Shown: positions 40,101 through 49,432, numbered from the stretch's first letter. The stretch: 64,000 nt of DNA from Polyangiaceae bacterium (GCA_050287085.1 JBNKBE010000011.1:96001-160000), one strand, 5' to 3'. Numbers and translations: made by a program. The notes: generated from the sequence alone by a model not told the origin.

Positions 40101-41554
40101 AGCACACCATGCCCCTCGCGCTGGAGGCGGCGTATCCCAGCACGCATGCCCTCAGTCTGAGAGATCATGTCGTCGACATTGAAACGGTCGAGCACAGACT
40201 CGTCGGACGACGCAATGACCACACGCATCTGCGCGTCCTGCGCTGCGGCGATGAGCTCCTCAACGCCCGTTCGCGGGACGATTTCCACGTCCACCACGGC
40301 GACTGCCCGACCAGCACGCTCGAGACATAGCAACAGGGTGCCGGTGCGCTGGCTCGCTCTTGCGTGCTCCTGCAAGCGAATATCCGCCGAAGCGCCGCTT
40401 TGGCCCCACGGTCCTAGGCGCCACAGACCGTCACCCTGAGATCTGAGCGGCTGTTTGGGATCGAACATCGCGCGAACGCGCTCCCGTAGGTCCGCCGCCT
40501 CATCGGGCTCGTCGGAGGTGACGCCGGACAGCACGAAATGATCCGTCGTCACCAGGTCGCCCTGGAGCACCAAACAGTTGAGACGGTCGAAACGCCGCAG
40601 AACCTCCGGCTCCTGAACGAGCAAGCCCCGCTGCGCGAGCGCCAGTGAAAGCTCCGCCGCAAAGATGTCGCGCCCGACGCGCGCCGGACGTGGAAGACCG
40701 CCAAACACCGCGGCTGTAGCCCGCTGGATGCTTCGAGTCGCAACCAAGCTCAGAGCAAAACCGCTCAGCGAAACAGCCCAAGCCCGATCGGCGTATTCTT
40801 CGATAGGTCCGCGCGGCAGTGGGCAGGGTCGGGTCGGGCTCTGGCCTATGCCTCGCGTGGCAAATCCATCGCCCTTGTGCACGAGGAGCTCGGCCTTGCG
40901 ACGCTCCCAAACGGATGCCTGACCCCGAAGCTCACGAAGCTGCTCAAACTTGTGAACAGAGTCCACAAGCGAGGTCATCGGTCGCTGCGCTGCGGCATGT
41001 ACGACAGAGTTGGCCAGATTGAGGATGAGGTCGGCGCGTTCCGGTCCCCAGCGCTCTTCGAGGCCCCCTCGCAGGCGCGGCACGCTTCGAAGCAAGGACA
41101 CGGCTGCCACTAGGTTACCGACGCCGGGGACCGCGGGAAGCGGCGTCACTCGGAGGCTAGCCCCCACGGTCAGTGCAACCAGATCCGCGAAGAGCTCGAC
41201 GCTGCGGCGCAGCGGCAACTCCTGGTCTTCCGGATGATAGACTTGGCGCTCAAATCCGGCGTTGTCCACAGAGGCCATGCGCTCGGCCCGCTCGACGACG
41301 GACACGAGCTCGTCTTCCCCGTATGCGTTGCGTTGATAGGCAAACACCACCCGCTGCGTGTGGGCGTTCAGCTCCACCCAATCCAGATAACGCATGTCGG
41401 CAGCCAACGTGCTGATCGCGTCGGCCAGCGCGGGCAGCTCTTCGTCCACGACGGTGCGAAACTCGACGTGGGCGCGTTCAGCTCCGATCGACACGCGGCG
41501 CTTGCGAGCGCGAAATAACTGGCTCACTTGGTGAGCTACCTGCAGAAAACCCAT
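37127..41554 (-). CDS. Very large cation-translocating P-type ATPase (CtpH/CtpI-like)
   Basis: LTGES, VPEGLP, DKTGTLT, KGAPE, MITGDH, GDGANDAPA. About 600-aa N-terminal extension. Confidence 0.93.
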   Translation of the reverse strand: MGFLQVAHQVSQLFRARKRRVSIGAERAHVEFRTVVDEELPALADAISTLAADMRYLDWVELNAHTQRVVFAYQRNAYGEDELVSVVERAERMASVDNAGFERQVYHPEDQELPLRRSVELFADLVALTVGASLRVTPLPAVPGVGNLVAAVSLLRSVPRLRGGLEERWGPERADLILNLANSVVHAAAQRPMTSLVDSVHKFEQLRELRGQASVWERRKAELLVHKGDGFATRGIGQSPTRPCPLPRGPIEEYADRAWAVSLSGFALSLVATRSIQRATAAVFGGLPRPARVGRDIFAAELSLALAQRGLLVQEPEVLRRFDRLNCLVLQGDLVTTDHFVLSGVTSDEPDEAADLRERVRAMFDPKQPLRSQGDGLWRLGPWGQSGASADIRLQEHARASQRTGTLLLCLERAGRAVAVVDVEIVPRTGVEELIAAAQDAQMRVVIASSDESVLDRFNVDDMISQTEGMRAGIRRLQREGHGVLVVATGDSIGLPLADCGIGIVREGEPTPWGAHIICRRDLGDVRFLIHACKQARELSKQAVNIALSAASVGALVSAGGLLKMTTRRVLFVVNSASLISMANGFRSSTELRRLQLPAPWDPTPWHALEVEGVLARLGTSRDGLGREEIVRRSESGVVRSNELAQLTEAVSDELFSPFAPLLAVGAGLSAVVGSVGDAAMVAGVVVVNALVGGTQRYRTERKIRELTEAVTPVARVRRGGFDYQVMATDLVLGDVVVLATGDVVPADCRIISGESLEVDASTLTGESLPVSKGEHASFEDSIADRSSMLYAGTSIAAGRAVAVVVALGENMEVRRGASVAKAGRAQGGVERRLRSLMDLTGPIALAAGVGVVGGGLLRGRRLDELVGSAVSLAVASVPEGLPLLATAAQLAAAERLSQRGALVRNSRSIEALGRVDTICVDKTGTLTEGRIELSSVSDGELHEFVEDVSRARRDALAAALRASGPSEGVAVDPTDVALYRAAARARLDADFGCPEWRRRSELSFESGRGYHATFGNSADGGVLSVKGAPEVVLPMCSSWRRGKSERQLGSDERYSLAVQATRIARRGLRVLAVAERVIDTEQTPEGPESLERLAFCGFLAFTDPVRPTARQALQDLAKAGVGAVMITGDHPSTAEAIATELGLLRGAEVLTGVQLAAMDDVALDLALPRIAVFARVTPAQKVRIVRALQRAGRVVAMLGDGANDAPAIRLSDVGVAIGENSTAAARGAADIVLTDGRIETLLRAVAEGRAMWSSVRDAVSILMGGNLGEIGFTTAVGVISGRPPLNARQLLLVNLLTDVAPAMAIAIRPPSEETLDALAKEGPEASLGQPLNRDIALRAGLTGLGAAGAWTIARFTGTRARASTVALASLVGTQLSQTLSAGHGDATVRWTGIGSAAVLAAIIQTPGLSHFFGCRPLGPFGWATVVGASAAATNVPRLVTLLREAAREPAEREGEESLSVEAAMPKALPAVGTA

Positions 41555-41737
41555 GGATGAAATGCGCAGTCGAGAGCGTCTGAATACGCGAAGAAACCCG
41601 GAAGGCTCTAGTGGACTTCCCTCAAAAGCGGGAGACGCCTCCACCCGCGCGGCCCAATGGCCAGAATCGGACCAATCGGGCCATTCGGCCCCAGATTTTG
41701 CGTCCGGGCAGCATGTCGGTGTAAGACTGTGGGTCAA

Positions 41738-42565
41738 ATGACCGATGAACCGTCGGAAACTGCGGATCCGGAAGAGGGTGACGCGCTCTATGAAGACCTT
41801 TCAGAGGTCGTAAAGGCGGCGCGGCGCGGTTTCTTGCGCGATGTAGAGCTGCTCGTTCGTGCCCTGCCCCGGGGTGGGCTTCTGGTACCGCTTGCCACAG
41901 AAGTGCGCAGCGCACAGGCCCCAGACGGCACTGACGACGATGAAAGCGTCACGATTCGACCTCATCTCTTACCCGATCGCGACGGAACGTCCTTCGTCCC
42001 CCTCTTCACCGACGCCGACGCGCTCGTCACCGTCGGGGAGTATCTGCAGTGGTCCACCGACGACAGTAACGAGCTGCAATACTGCACCCTGCCGGCCCTC
42101 GTAGCCGTCGAACTCGCACTCTCCCTGCTGGCCGACGGCACCGTTGTGGGCGCGGTCATCAACCCTTCGGACGAACACGAATTGGTACTGCAGCGACACG
42201 AACTGGCGGCCCTCAGCCAACAACAGGCCCTCCCCTTGGTCGGGTACGTGCAAGAAATTCCGGTCGCAGACGATGAAGAGGTGCTGGTCGCCGAACTGGC
42301 CGCCCCCCCGAGCCCAGAGCTGATCGCCGCCATCGAAGCGTGTCTTGCCCACCTCCCGCACGTAGACGGCTACGCCCTCGAACAAACCTTCAACAAAGAG
42401 CGCGATCTAGAGCCCCATCCGACTCTGACGCTACGCGTCAAAGATCCCGAGGCGATAGACGCAAACAAGCTCAACGAGTTGCTGGCCGAGAAACTGGAAG
42501 GCAAGCTTCCGGACCCCGGATACATCGACGTTTTGTTTGACACAGCTGGCGCAAAGACCGATTAA
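41738..42565 (+). CDS. SseB family protein
   Basis: LLVP...FVPLFTD..AL...AVINP SseB-like signature with an acidic C-terminal domain. Confidence 0.7.
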   Translation: MTDEPSETADPEEGDALYEDLSEVVKAARRGFLRDVELLVRALPRGGLLVPLATEVRSAQAPDGTDDDESVTIRPHLLPDRDGTSFVPLFTDADALVTVGEYLQWSTDDSNELQYCTLPALVAVELALSLLADGTVVGAVINPSDEHELVLQRHELAALSQQQALPLVGYVQEIPVADDEEVLVAELAAPPSPELIAAIEACLAHLPHVDGYALEQTFNKERDLEPHPTLTLRVKDPEAIDANKLNELLAEKLEGKLPDPGYIDVLFDTAGAKTD

Positions 42566-43442
42566 CGCTCCCCCGATGGCGCGTCCCGATCTTGTCAATG
42601 CGGCAAAGGCCCAGCTGAATCCGGTCGAATGGTGGCAGCTACGAGCCGTCCGCCGAACGTTCATGCCTGGCCGGCTTGCAGACACCGTTCAATGGCTGCA
42701 GCGCAACGTCGGCTACCGCTGGATCCGCTTTGCGACCCGCCAGCTGCATCGAGTTCATCATATCGAGCGAATGCCGCTCTACCAGCCCGATCAGAGCTTC
42801 ATCATCGCATCCAACCACCGTAGCTTCTTCGATCTCTACATCATCACACCTGCGATGATGTACTACGGAGTCAAGCAGCGCATGGTCTTTCCGGTGCGCG
42901 CCAACTTCTTCTATGATCACCCGCTGGGCTTGGCGGTTAATGGCGCCATGAGCTTTTTCGCCATGTACCCGCCGTTCTTTCGTGACCGCAAGCGGACCGC
43001 GATCAACATGATGGGCGTCGACGAGCTCATCTGGCTGCTGCAGCAAGGAGGCCACTTCGTCGGCTTTCATCCGGAAGGGACTCGCAACATGGGAGATCCC
43101 TACGAGCTGCTCCCCGCAAAGGCGGGCATCGGAAAGCTTGCGCATACCTCCCGCGTGCCCGTCATTCCGGTCTTCACCAACGGGCTGTTGCCGTCGGATT
43201 TGGGCAAACAGCTCAAGGGCAACTTCAGCAAGAACGGCATGCCCATTCACACTGTCTTTGGGGCGCCGATCGACTTCGGAGAATTGCTGGACGAACCCGC
43301 ATCGCAATCGCTGTACAAGCGCATGGCCAACGTCGTGCGCGAGCGCATCATGGAGCTTGGCCAGGAAGAGAAGCAGATCCGGTCAGAGTACGAGTCGGGC
43401 GTTCGCAACTACGATACCGACGGGCACTCTCAAGGTCGCTAA
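42537..43442 (+). CDS. Lysophospholipid/PlsC-family acyltransferase
   Basis: SNHRSFFD (HxxxxD), FHPEGTR, VPVIPV. Start may be 42576. Confidence 0.9.
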   Translation: MTQLAQRPINAPPMARPDLVNAAKAQLNPVEWWQLRAVRRTFMPGRLADTVQWLQRNVGYRWIRFATRQLHRVHHIERMPLYQPDQSFIIASNHRSFFDLYIITPAMMYYGVKQRMVFPVRANFFYDHPLGLAVNGAMSFFAMYPPFFRDRKRTAINMMGVDELIWLLQQGGHFVGFHPEGTRNMGDPYELLPAKAGIGKLAHTSRVPVIPVFTNGLLPSDLGKQLKGNFSKNGMPIHTVFGAPIDFGELLDEPASQSLYKRMANVVRERIMELGQEEKQIRSEYESGVRNYDTDGHSQGR

Positions 43443-43474
43443 CGCTGGCCGTCCAGGGTCGCTGGCGTTCGGGG

Positions 43475-44533
43475 TCAGCGCCTCGCCCGCGGTAGGGCGA
43501 CCACGTCGCCAGTCCGGAGCGGTCTCAATTCGCCGACGCGTTGCTCAATATGGCCGACGCGACCTCCCAAGGTCTCGAGGTAGGCGGGTCGACAGTCGGC
43601 GCAATCTAGAGGCAAGAGTGCGGCGCGAGTGACTATCAGCCCGCCGTCCCAACGCGCGTCCACGGACTCGACGCGATAGGAGGTGGGCGCCGCTCCCGGG
43701 GGAAGTAGCGCAACCAAGCCAATGCCGGAGACAAGAACGACTCCGGCGCCTGCGTGCACGCGGCGGCGCGCAAGGTAGAGCGCGCCAGCCAACGTGACGC
43801 CGAGCAGGGCCAGGCCACGATCCGAGCCACGCCTTCCGGCAACGCTGGCGCTACCGCATCCGACCTCCTGAGTGTGCACGGTATCGTCCTGAGGCAACGG
43901 ACGCGCGTACAAAGTGGATACCGTGATGGCGTCGCTCTGCTCCAGATCGCGTTTCGACGTCTCACCCGGCTCAGAGTAGGCATACATGGTGGCCCCCTCG
44001 TGGTCGTAGTCCTCACCCAGGCCCAAGAAGTGACCCATCTCATGCGTCAGCACATTCTGCAGGTCGTAGGCCTTGGCTGCTCCGGGCTCGGCTCCATTCA
44101 AGCACGCAAAATGGTGCTCCCCGTTGAGCAGTATGTCCGCATCGAGAATGGCACCTCGGTCGAGATCGAAGGTGATTACAGTGATAGCCAAGGCGCCGTT
44201 CGCACGCTCGGAACCGTTGCGCGCGTACATAACGGTATTCGTGTTCTTCCCAACTCGGGAATACCCAAGTTCCTGAGTTTCGCCACGAGCTACGGTCACC
44301 GTCGGCAGGCCGGTGCCGACGGTTTGCCAAGCGCTAACAGCCCCTATCAGTGCTTCGTACCCATCATGGGTGAGCTGGTCGACAGACACGTCGACCACCA
44401 TCTGCACCTCGTCGCCTATCCATCGCGCACCCTGCGCGCCGCTACCGCGGCCGCTGTCAGCAGCAGAGGCAGAAGCGGACGTGGCAAACAGCCACGTCGC
44501 AATCGCTAACAACAAGCGAGGAGGGCGACCCAT
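43475..44533 (-). CDS. Matrixin (M10-like) metzincin metalloprotease with internal MYXO-CTERM-like segment
   Basis: LDADILLN, YDLQNVLTHEMGHFLGLGE, ATMYAY Met-turn, GC...TM...RRR. Confidence 0.8.
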   Translation of the reverse strand: MGRPPRLLLAIATWLFATSASASAADSGRGSGAQGARWIGDEVQMVVDVSVDQLTHDGYEALIGAVSAWQTVGTGLPTVTVARGETQELGYSRVGKNTNTVMYARNGSERANGALAITVITFDLDRGAILDADILLNGEHHFACLNGAEPGAAKAYDLQNVLTHEMGHFLGLGEDYDHEGATMYAYSEPGETSKRDLEQSDAITVSTLYARPLPQDDTVHTQEVGCGSASVAGRRGSDRGLALLGVTLAGALYLARRRVHAGAGVVLVSGIGLVALLPPGAAPTSYRVESVDARWDGGLIVTRAALLPLDCADCRPAYLETLGGRVGHIEQRVGELRPLRTGDVVALPRARR

Positions 44534-44773
44534 GTATCCGGGAACGGAAGCACGGCGACCAGCTTTAGCATTCGCGAACGGTCGCGCGCTCTGCGAGCCA
44601 AAGCAGGTCGCCGTCGGCCCCTCGCGCGTTCTCGAATCCACGGAACGCGCCGAGAGCAGCTATTCTTGCTTAAGAACCCTCGCCAGAGGACGTATGCCTC
44701 AGCCGATTGGCGAGCTCAGTGAAACCACGGCGGGCTTTGCTGCGCGTCGTAGCCGCGGTATGACCGGCTTGCC

Positions 44774-45316
44774 ATGATCAGTGCCGAGCCGTTTGCCCAC
44801 ATCGAGCTACTCACTCCGCAAGCCAAACCAACGCCGTTCGGTTCACTCTGGGCCGATGGCCCCGTGGTGGTTACGTTCCTGAGACAGTTTGGGTGTATTT
44901 TCTGCCACCAGGCTGCGGCGGAAGTCCTCGACCACCGTTCCGAAATCGAGCGCCACGCACGCATCGCTTTCATTGGAAACGGTAATCCGTCGCACGCCGC
45001 CGCGTTCGCGAATCGCTTGGGTCTGGAGGGCTGCGTCTATACGGACCCGGCTCGGCTATTGTACAACGCACTGCGCCTGAACTTTGGCGTATTCAAGACC
45101 GTCAACGTCGCGAGCCGCCGGCTCTATCGACAAGCTCAAGCGCAAGGTTTCCGACAAATCGGGACGTGGGGAGATCGCTGGCAGCTAGGTGGAACCTTCG
45201 TCATCAATGCCGGGGGCCTACTGGTCTTCACGCATCGCTCGGAACACGCTGGCGAGCATGCGTCGCTACGCGATTTGCTGCTCACATTGCCAGACGTCAC
45301 CTCACAACCCCACTGA
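44774..45316 (+). CDS. Peroxiredoxin-like AhpC/TSA_2 (SelU/FAM213-type) redox protein
   Basis: FLRQFGCIFC CxxC, VYTDP..LY, QLGGTFV. Confidence 0.88.
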   Translation: MISAEPFAHIELLTPQAKPTPFGSLWADGPVVVTFLRQFGCIFCHQAAAEVLDHRSEIERHARIAFIGNGNPSHAAAFANRLGLEGCVYTDPARLLYNALRLNFGVFKTVNVASRRLYRQAQAQGFRQIGTWGDRWQLGGTFVINAGGLLVFTHRSEHAGEHASLRDLLLTLPDVTSQPH

Positions 45317-45380
45317 GAGCTTGCCCTCCGCCCAGCGCCCAAGCCCACGTTGGGATTGCGCGTGCGCCAAACGGGCCCCG

Positions 45381-47183
45381 CTACAACCAAGGATTGATGG
45401 CAAAGGGCGCAGTTCGGCTGCGGGCTAGGGTGGCGGCCCGCACGAGGGCCGCCGCAACAAGCACCAACGCGGCGGCCCCCAACGCGTGGCTCGCGCTCTC
45501 CCGCAGCCATTCAGGCCATACGCCGGCCCCCCACGCCGGCGCCCCGATCGCCGCAAGCAACGCCCAGGGCAGGACCCATTTGACCTGACCTCGATGCAGA
45601 TACTGCCCCGGCACCGGAAGCTGATGGCCCAGGAGCAGTGCCCCGATGAACAAACACGTGCTGAGGAACTGATGGAGCAGCGCGCCAGAAAGGTGCATGA
45701 CCCCTCCGGTCCCCAAGAACGCCGCCTCGAAGCAGTGACATAGGAGCGCTAGATGCACCATGTCGAGCTGGCGCTCTGAATATCCACGCAGAACGGAGCC
45801 GCGCACCCGATAGGCCGCCGACGACAAGGCGGTCGAGCCGATCATGAGCAGCCACACCCCCCCCGCAACGATGGTGGACGGCGAATGAAGCAGGACCCAC
45901 GAACTCGTGTCCAATCCCCTCCCCCCGAAAACGACAAGGTGTCCGGTGTCCAACACCACGGCCAGCAGACAGGATAAGAGAGCGATCTGCGAGAGCGCCG
46001 CCCACAACACGCGACGCAAACCGTCAAACAACGACCAACGTCCTGCACGCTCGCCTTCCAGCCAGCGAGCCAGCAGAGCGCTGCATAGCAGCGCGCCAAG
46101 CAGAACCACGAGATCGTAGTCCGCTGGCCATGGCACCGCCCGAAAACGCATCAAGGCAACGAGGGCACTGACTGCCAAGAACGCCCCAAGTCCAAATGCA
46201 ACGCTGCCGTTTGCACTCGTCGCCGCCTGATGTTTGCCTCGCAACAACCCCGAACGCAGTGCGCTGACGACGCGCACGCGAGTCACCACCAAAACAAGCG
46301 CGCGCAGCCCGCCCAGCCGCGCCCCCATCAGCGCAAGGCAGAAGGGGAGCACCAACATCAGCGCACGCCCCCAGCGGCGCGCTTCTTCCGGAAGGTAGCC
46401 GGCGACGTCTATCGTCACCTCGGCGGCTCCTTGCACTCCTGCACGCTCCACCAACCAATGTGCCACTCTCTGCCCCGGAGCGGGGGCTAGATCCGAAGGC
46501 GCCAGGGCCGCCAACGCATCGGCCCGAAGCACGACGTCTCCGTTCCGCACGCCAGCCGCCGCAAGGCGGCCCTCGGTCCCAAGCGTCACCACCCGAAGCC
46601 CCAGCGCTTCGGAAACCGGGGCGAACTCACCTCCGAGGAACGCAGCCAACCTCGGCTCAGCGTCCATCGCGCTCAGCTCCGTTGGGGCGGGGAGAAAGTC
46701 GAGCTGAACGTGAGCACTTCCTACGACCGGCGCCGCTCCAGCCACCTCGGGCGGAAAGGCTACCTGCACATTGCCCGTGAAGACGCAGTGTTTCGAACCA
46801 TGCTCGACTCCAAGGGCCAAGCGCTGCGAAGCCGGCTCTAGCTCAAATGCAATCGCGTCGGCCGATTCGCTATGCCCACTACCGCTCAAGACAACGGGTT
46901 GCTTTGCCTCGCCCGCGCAACGCCGCTCACCTCTGAGCCGAACCCGCGCGTCGCGCCCCTCCGGAAATCCGCCGCCGCGGACGCGGAGCGGTTCGCTCGG
47001 TTCGACCACCGGCGGGACGATGTCGTGGACGGCGACTAGCTCCGGAACTTCGGCCTCGCAGGCGACCAATAACACGCCGACCAATACGCAAAACACCCGC
47101 GCCGTCCCGGGCAAGCTCAATGCTGCGAGTAGGCGCGCCCGCACTGCGCATCGGTTTAGTTGAGGGGAGCGGCCATCATGCAT
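45381..47183 (-). CDS. Membrane protein: lipoprotein-like/Ig-like N-terminus, PDZ-like segment, multi-TM C-terminus with weak NuoH-like motif
   Basis: LLVAC, LRVRGGGFPEG, AAAGVRNGDVVL, many TM helices including RWSLFDGLRRVLWAALSQIALLSCLLAVVLDTG. Confidence 0.55.
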   Translation of the reverse strand: MHDGRSPQLNRCAVRARLLAALSLPGTARVFCVLVGVLLVACEAEVPELVAVHDIVPPVVEPSEPLRVRGGGFPEGRDARVRLRGERRCAGEAKQPVVLSGSGHSESADAIAFELEPASQRLALGVEHGSKHCVFTGNVQVAFPPEVAGAAPVVGSAHVQLDFLPAPTELSAMDAEPRLAAFLGGEFAPVSEALGLRVVTLGTEGRLAAAGVRNGDVVLRADALAALAPSDLAPAPGQRVAHWLVERAGVQGAAEVTIDVAGYLPEEARRWGRALMLVLPFCLALMGARLGGLRALVLVVTRVRVVSALRSGLLRGKHQAATSANGSVAFGLGAFLAVSALVALMRFRAVPWPADYDLVVLLGALLCSALLARWLEGERAGRWSLFDGLRRVLWAALSQIALLSCLLAVVLDTGHLVVFGGRGLDTSSWVLLHSPSTIVAGGVWLLMIGSTALSSAAYRVRGSVLRGYSERQLDMVHLALLCHCFEAAFLGTGGVMHLSGALLHQFLSTCLFIGALLLGHQLPVPGQYLHRGQVKWVLPWALLAAIGAPAWGAGVWPEWLRESASHALGAAALVLVAAALVRAATLARSRTAPFAINPWL

Positions 47184-47301
47184 TGTTGGTTACGCGCTAT
47201 AGGCGATTACGAACTCGCGGGCGAGTTAACGGAGAGCGCAGGAGCAAGCTGCACTAGTTGCCTTTCACCGCCAGATCCGCCTATCTGTGCGGCATCCCAT
47301 C

Positions 47302-47802
47302 ATGTCCACCTCCGCGCCGCCGACTCCCCCTGAAAGGCACGTCATCAAGCGATACTCCAATCGCAAGCTGTACGACATGAAGAGCAGCCAGTATGTCACG
47401 CTCCAGCAAGTGGCCGAATTGGTCCGTGCGGGAGTCGACATCCAGGTCGTCGACAACGCCACCAAAGACGACAAGACTGAAGTCACCCTGGCGCTCATCA
47501 TTTCTGAGGAGCTCAAGACCCGACCACGGGGGATCCCGCTGACCATGCTGAAGGAGCTCATCCGCAATCGAGGGGAACGTCTGCTCAGTACTCTGCGCGA
47601 TGGTCCTATCGCCAAGTTGATTCCAAAAGACGGGGCGGAGCCTGAGCCGCGCGTTGAAGCCGCTTCTGCCCAGGAGGAGCTCAAGGGCATTCGCCAGGAT
47701 CTCAACCGTCTGAACGACCGGCTGCGAGCGCTCGAATCGCGACTGGACGCATCTAGGGAATACTCCGAGCAACCCCCTGTTAGCCCTGCAGACGAATTAT
47801 GA
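47302..47802 (+). CDS. PhaR-type (PHB accumulation regulator N-terminal) DNA-binding domain protein
   Basis: IKRYSNRKLYD..SSQYVTL...IQVVDNATKDD.T..TL..II, followed by a C-terminal coiled coil. Confidence 0.88.
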   Translation: MSTSAPPTPPERHVIKRYSNRKLYDMKSSQYVTLQQVAELVRAGVDIQVVDNATKDDKTEVTLALIISEELKTRPRGIPLTMLKELIRNRGERLLSTLRDGPIAKLIPKDGAEPEPRVEAASAQEELKGIRQDLNRLNDRLRALESRLDASREYSEQPPVSPADEL

Positions 47803-48455
47803 TGAGTGCCGAGCAGCAAGCCCGTTTCGAAAGCGAAGCACTGGAGCAAGTCGAAGCCTTGATGGGGCTAGCCCGGCGACTGACGCGCAACGATGCTGAG
47901 GCGGAGGATCTCGTACAGGACACCTTCCTGAAAGCCCTACGGGCCCAGGGCCAGTTCCAGCCGGGCACCAATCTGCGCGCGTGGCTGATGCGCATCCTAC
48001 GGAACGCATTCATCAATCGCTACCACCGAGGTGCGCTCGAGAAGAGCGTACTCGGCGCTGCAGTGCCCGATCCCGTAGCCGACGGTTGGCTCAGTTCCGC
48101 GACAATGCAGGCCATGCGCAATCCCGAAGCCGCAACGCTTCGTCCCGAACTGGAACGCAGTCTCAGCACCGCGGTAGACGCCCTACCTCCAGAATTCCGA
48201 GAAGTCATCCTACTGGCAGACGTGGAAGAGTTTTCCTACAAGGAAATCGCCGAGATGACAGGGTGTCCAATCGGAACGGTCATGTCTCGACTGCATCGCG
48301 CCAGGAAGCTGCTCAAGGCGAGCTTGATCGAACACGCGCGCGACCAAGGAATCGTCAAGGCGGAGACCGATATTGGCGCGGCCGAACCCATTGATCTCAA
48401 CCGCTTCCGAAAGGCGGCCACGGAAGCCCAATCGAAACGAGAGCGAGGCAAGTGA
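47799..48455 (+). CDS. ECF sigma-70 factor (SigH/SigR-like)
   Basis: AEDLVQDTFLKA, GTNLRAWLMRILRN, FSYKEIAEMTGCPIGTVMSRLHRAR. ATGA overlap with the upstream gene. Confidence 0.95.
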   Translation: MMSAEQQARFESEALEQVEALMGLARRLTRNDAEAEDLVQDTFLKALRAQGQFQPGTNLRAWLMRILRNAFINRYHRGALEKSVLGAAVPDPVADGWLSSATMQAMRNPEAATLRPELERSLSTAVDALPPEFREVILLADVEEFSYKEIAEMTGCPIGTVMSRLHRARKLLKASLIEHARDQGIVKAETDIGAAEPIDLNRFRKAATEAQSKRERGK

Positions 48456-49432
48456 TGGATTGCACCAAAGTGCAAGCTCGGCTTGAAACGTTCTTAGACG
48501 GAGAACTTCAGCCCGAGAGCACCCTAGAAGTAGAAGCCCATTTAGACTGCTGTCCGCGCTGCGCTGAAAGCATCAAGTTCTCTCAGGCATTGCGCAACAG
48601 TCTGTGTCACGTCGTCAAGCGTGAATGCATCGTCAGCGACGAGTTCAAGCGCCGTCTCAGAACGGCCCTAGCCGCGGAACGCTGCCGTTCACCCGTGACT
48701 GAGCGAGCGGCAGAGGCCGAGCCCGTTCAAACGCAGAGTCCGCGCGGCGACCTTGCGCGGCGGCGTGCGGAGGTTGAGCAGCGACAACATGAGGGCTTTC
48801 CCTGGCGCCCATTGTGGACGCTGGTGGCTGCCGCTGCAGGATGGGTGCTATTTCTCAAGTGGGTCCCAGCCGAAGAGCGCATGGTCATGCCACCACTGGG
48901 GCATTCGAAAACCGCTGTCCCCGACAACAGCACCCACACGGCTGGCTTCGCTGGCGCAAGAACCAACGTGGTCGACGACGCCTTGGACAAGCTCATCGAC
49001 TATCATTCCTCCCCCCCCGCTCCGCAAGTCGTAGAGGAGGAACTTGTTCGTGATTTTGAAGCCGACGTCGGGGTTCGGGTTCACGCGCCAAGCTTGCAGC
49101 AATTTGGCGCGTTGTGGGAAGGAGCTAGCCTCGTTCCGGTGACTGATCACGCTGCGGCATACCTACGCTATCGGATGCCGCGAAGACATGTGACGCTGTA
49201 CGTCTATGATCCGCGCAAGGTGCCACTGCGACGTAGCCATGCTTGGCGAGCCGTGCACACGGGCGACGAGGTCGCCAAGTCCTCCAGTGAAGAAGGCCAC
49301 GCCAATACAGTCTATCTAGGACACTGGCGTGGCTACTCGGTTGCGGCCAAAGAAGCCGAAGGTATCGGCTACGCGCTTGCCGCAGATCTGGATGACGATG
49401 CTGTCAGTCGGTTGATTACTGAGATTCACTGA
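48452..49432 (+). CDS. Zinc-finger (zf-HC2/ZAS) transmembrane anti-sigma factor
   Basis: C...LETFLDGEL...HLDCCPRC (HxxxCxxC), single TM, extracytoplasmic domain. Confidence 0.9.
   Translation: MMDCTKVQARLETFLDGELQPESTLEVEAHLDCCPRCAESIKFSQALRNSLCHVVKRECIVSDEFKRRLRTALAAERCRSPVTERAAEAEPVQTQSPRGDLARRRAEVEQRQHEGFPWRPLWTLVAAAAGWVLFLKWVPAEERMVMPPLGHSKTAVPDNSTHTAGFAGARTNVVDDALDKLIDYHSSPPAPQVVEEELVRDFEADVGVRVHAPSLQQFGALWEGASLVPVTDHAAAYLRYRMPRRHVTLYVYDPRKVPLRRSHAWRAVHTGDEVAKSSSEEGHANTVYLGHWRGYSVAAKEAEGIGYALAADLDDDAVSRLITEIH

Noticed and set aside
44774..45316. Selenoprotein form of the AhpC/TSA_2 redoxin
   Set aside because: Both CxxC positions are Cys codons (TGT, TGC), with no in-frame TGA.
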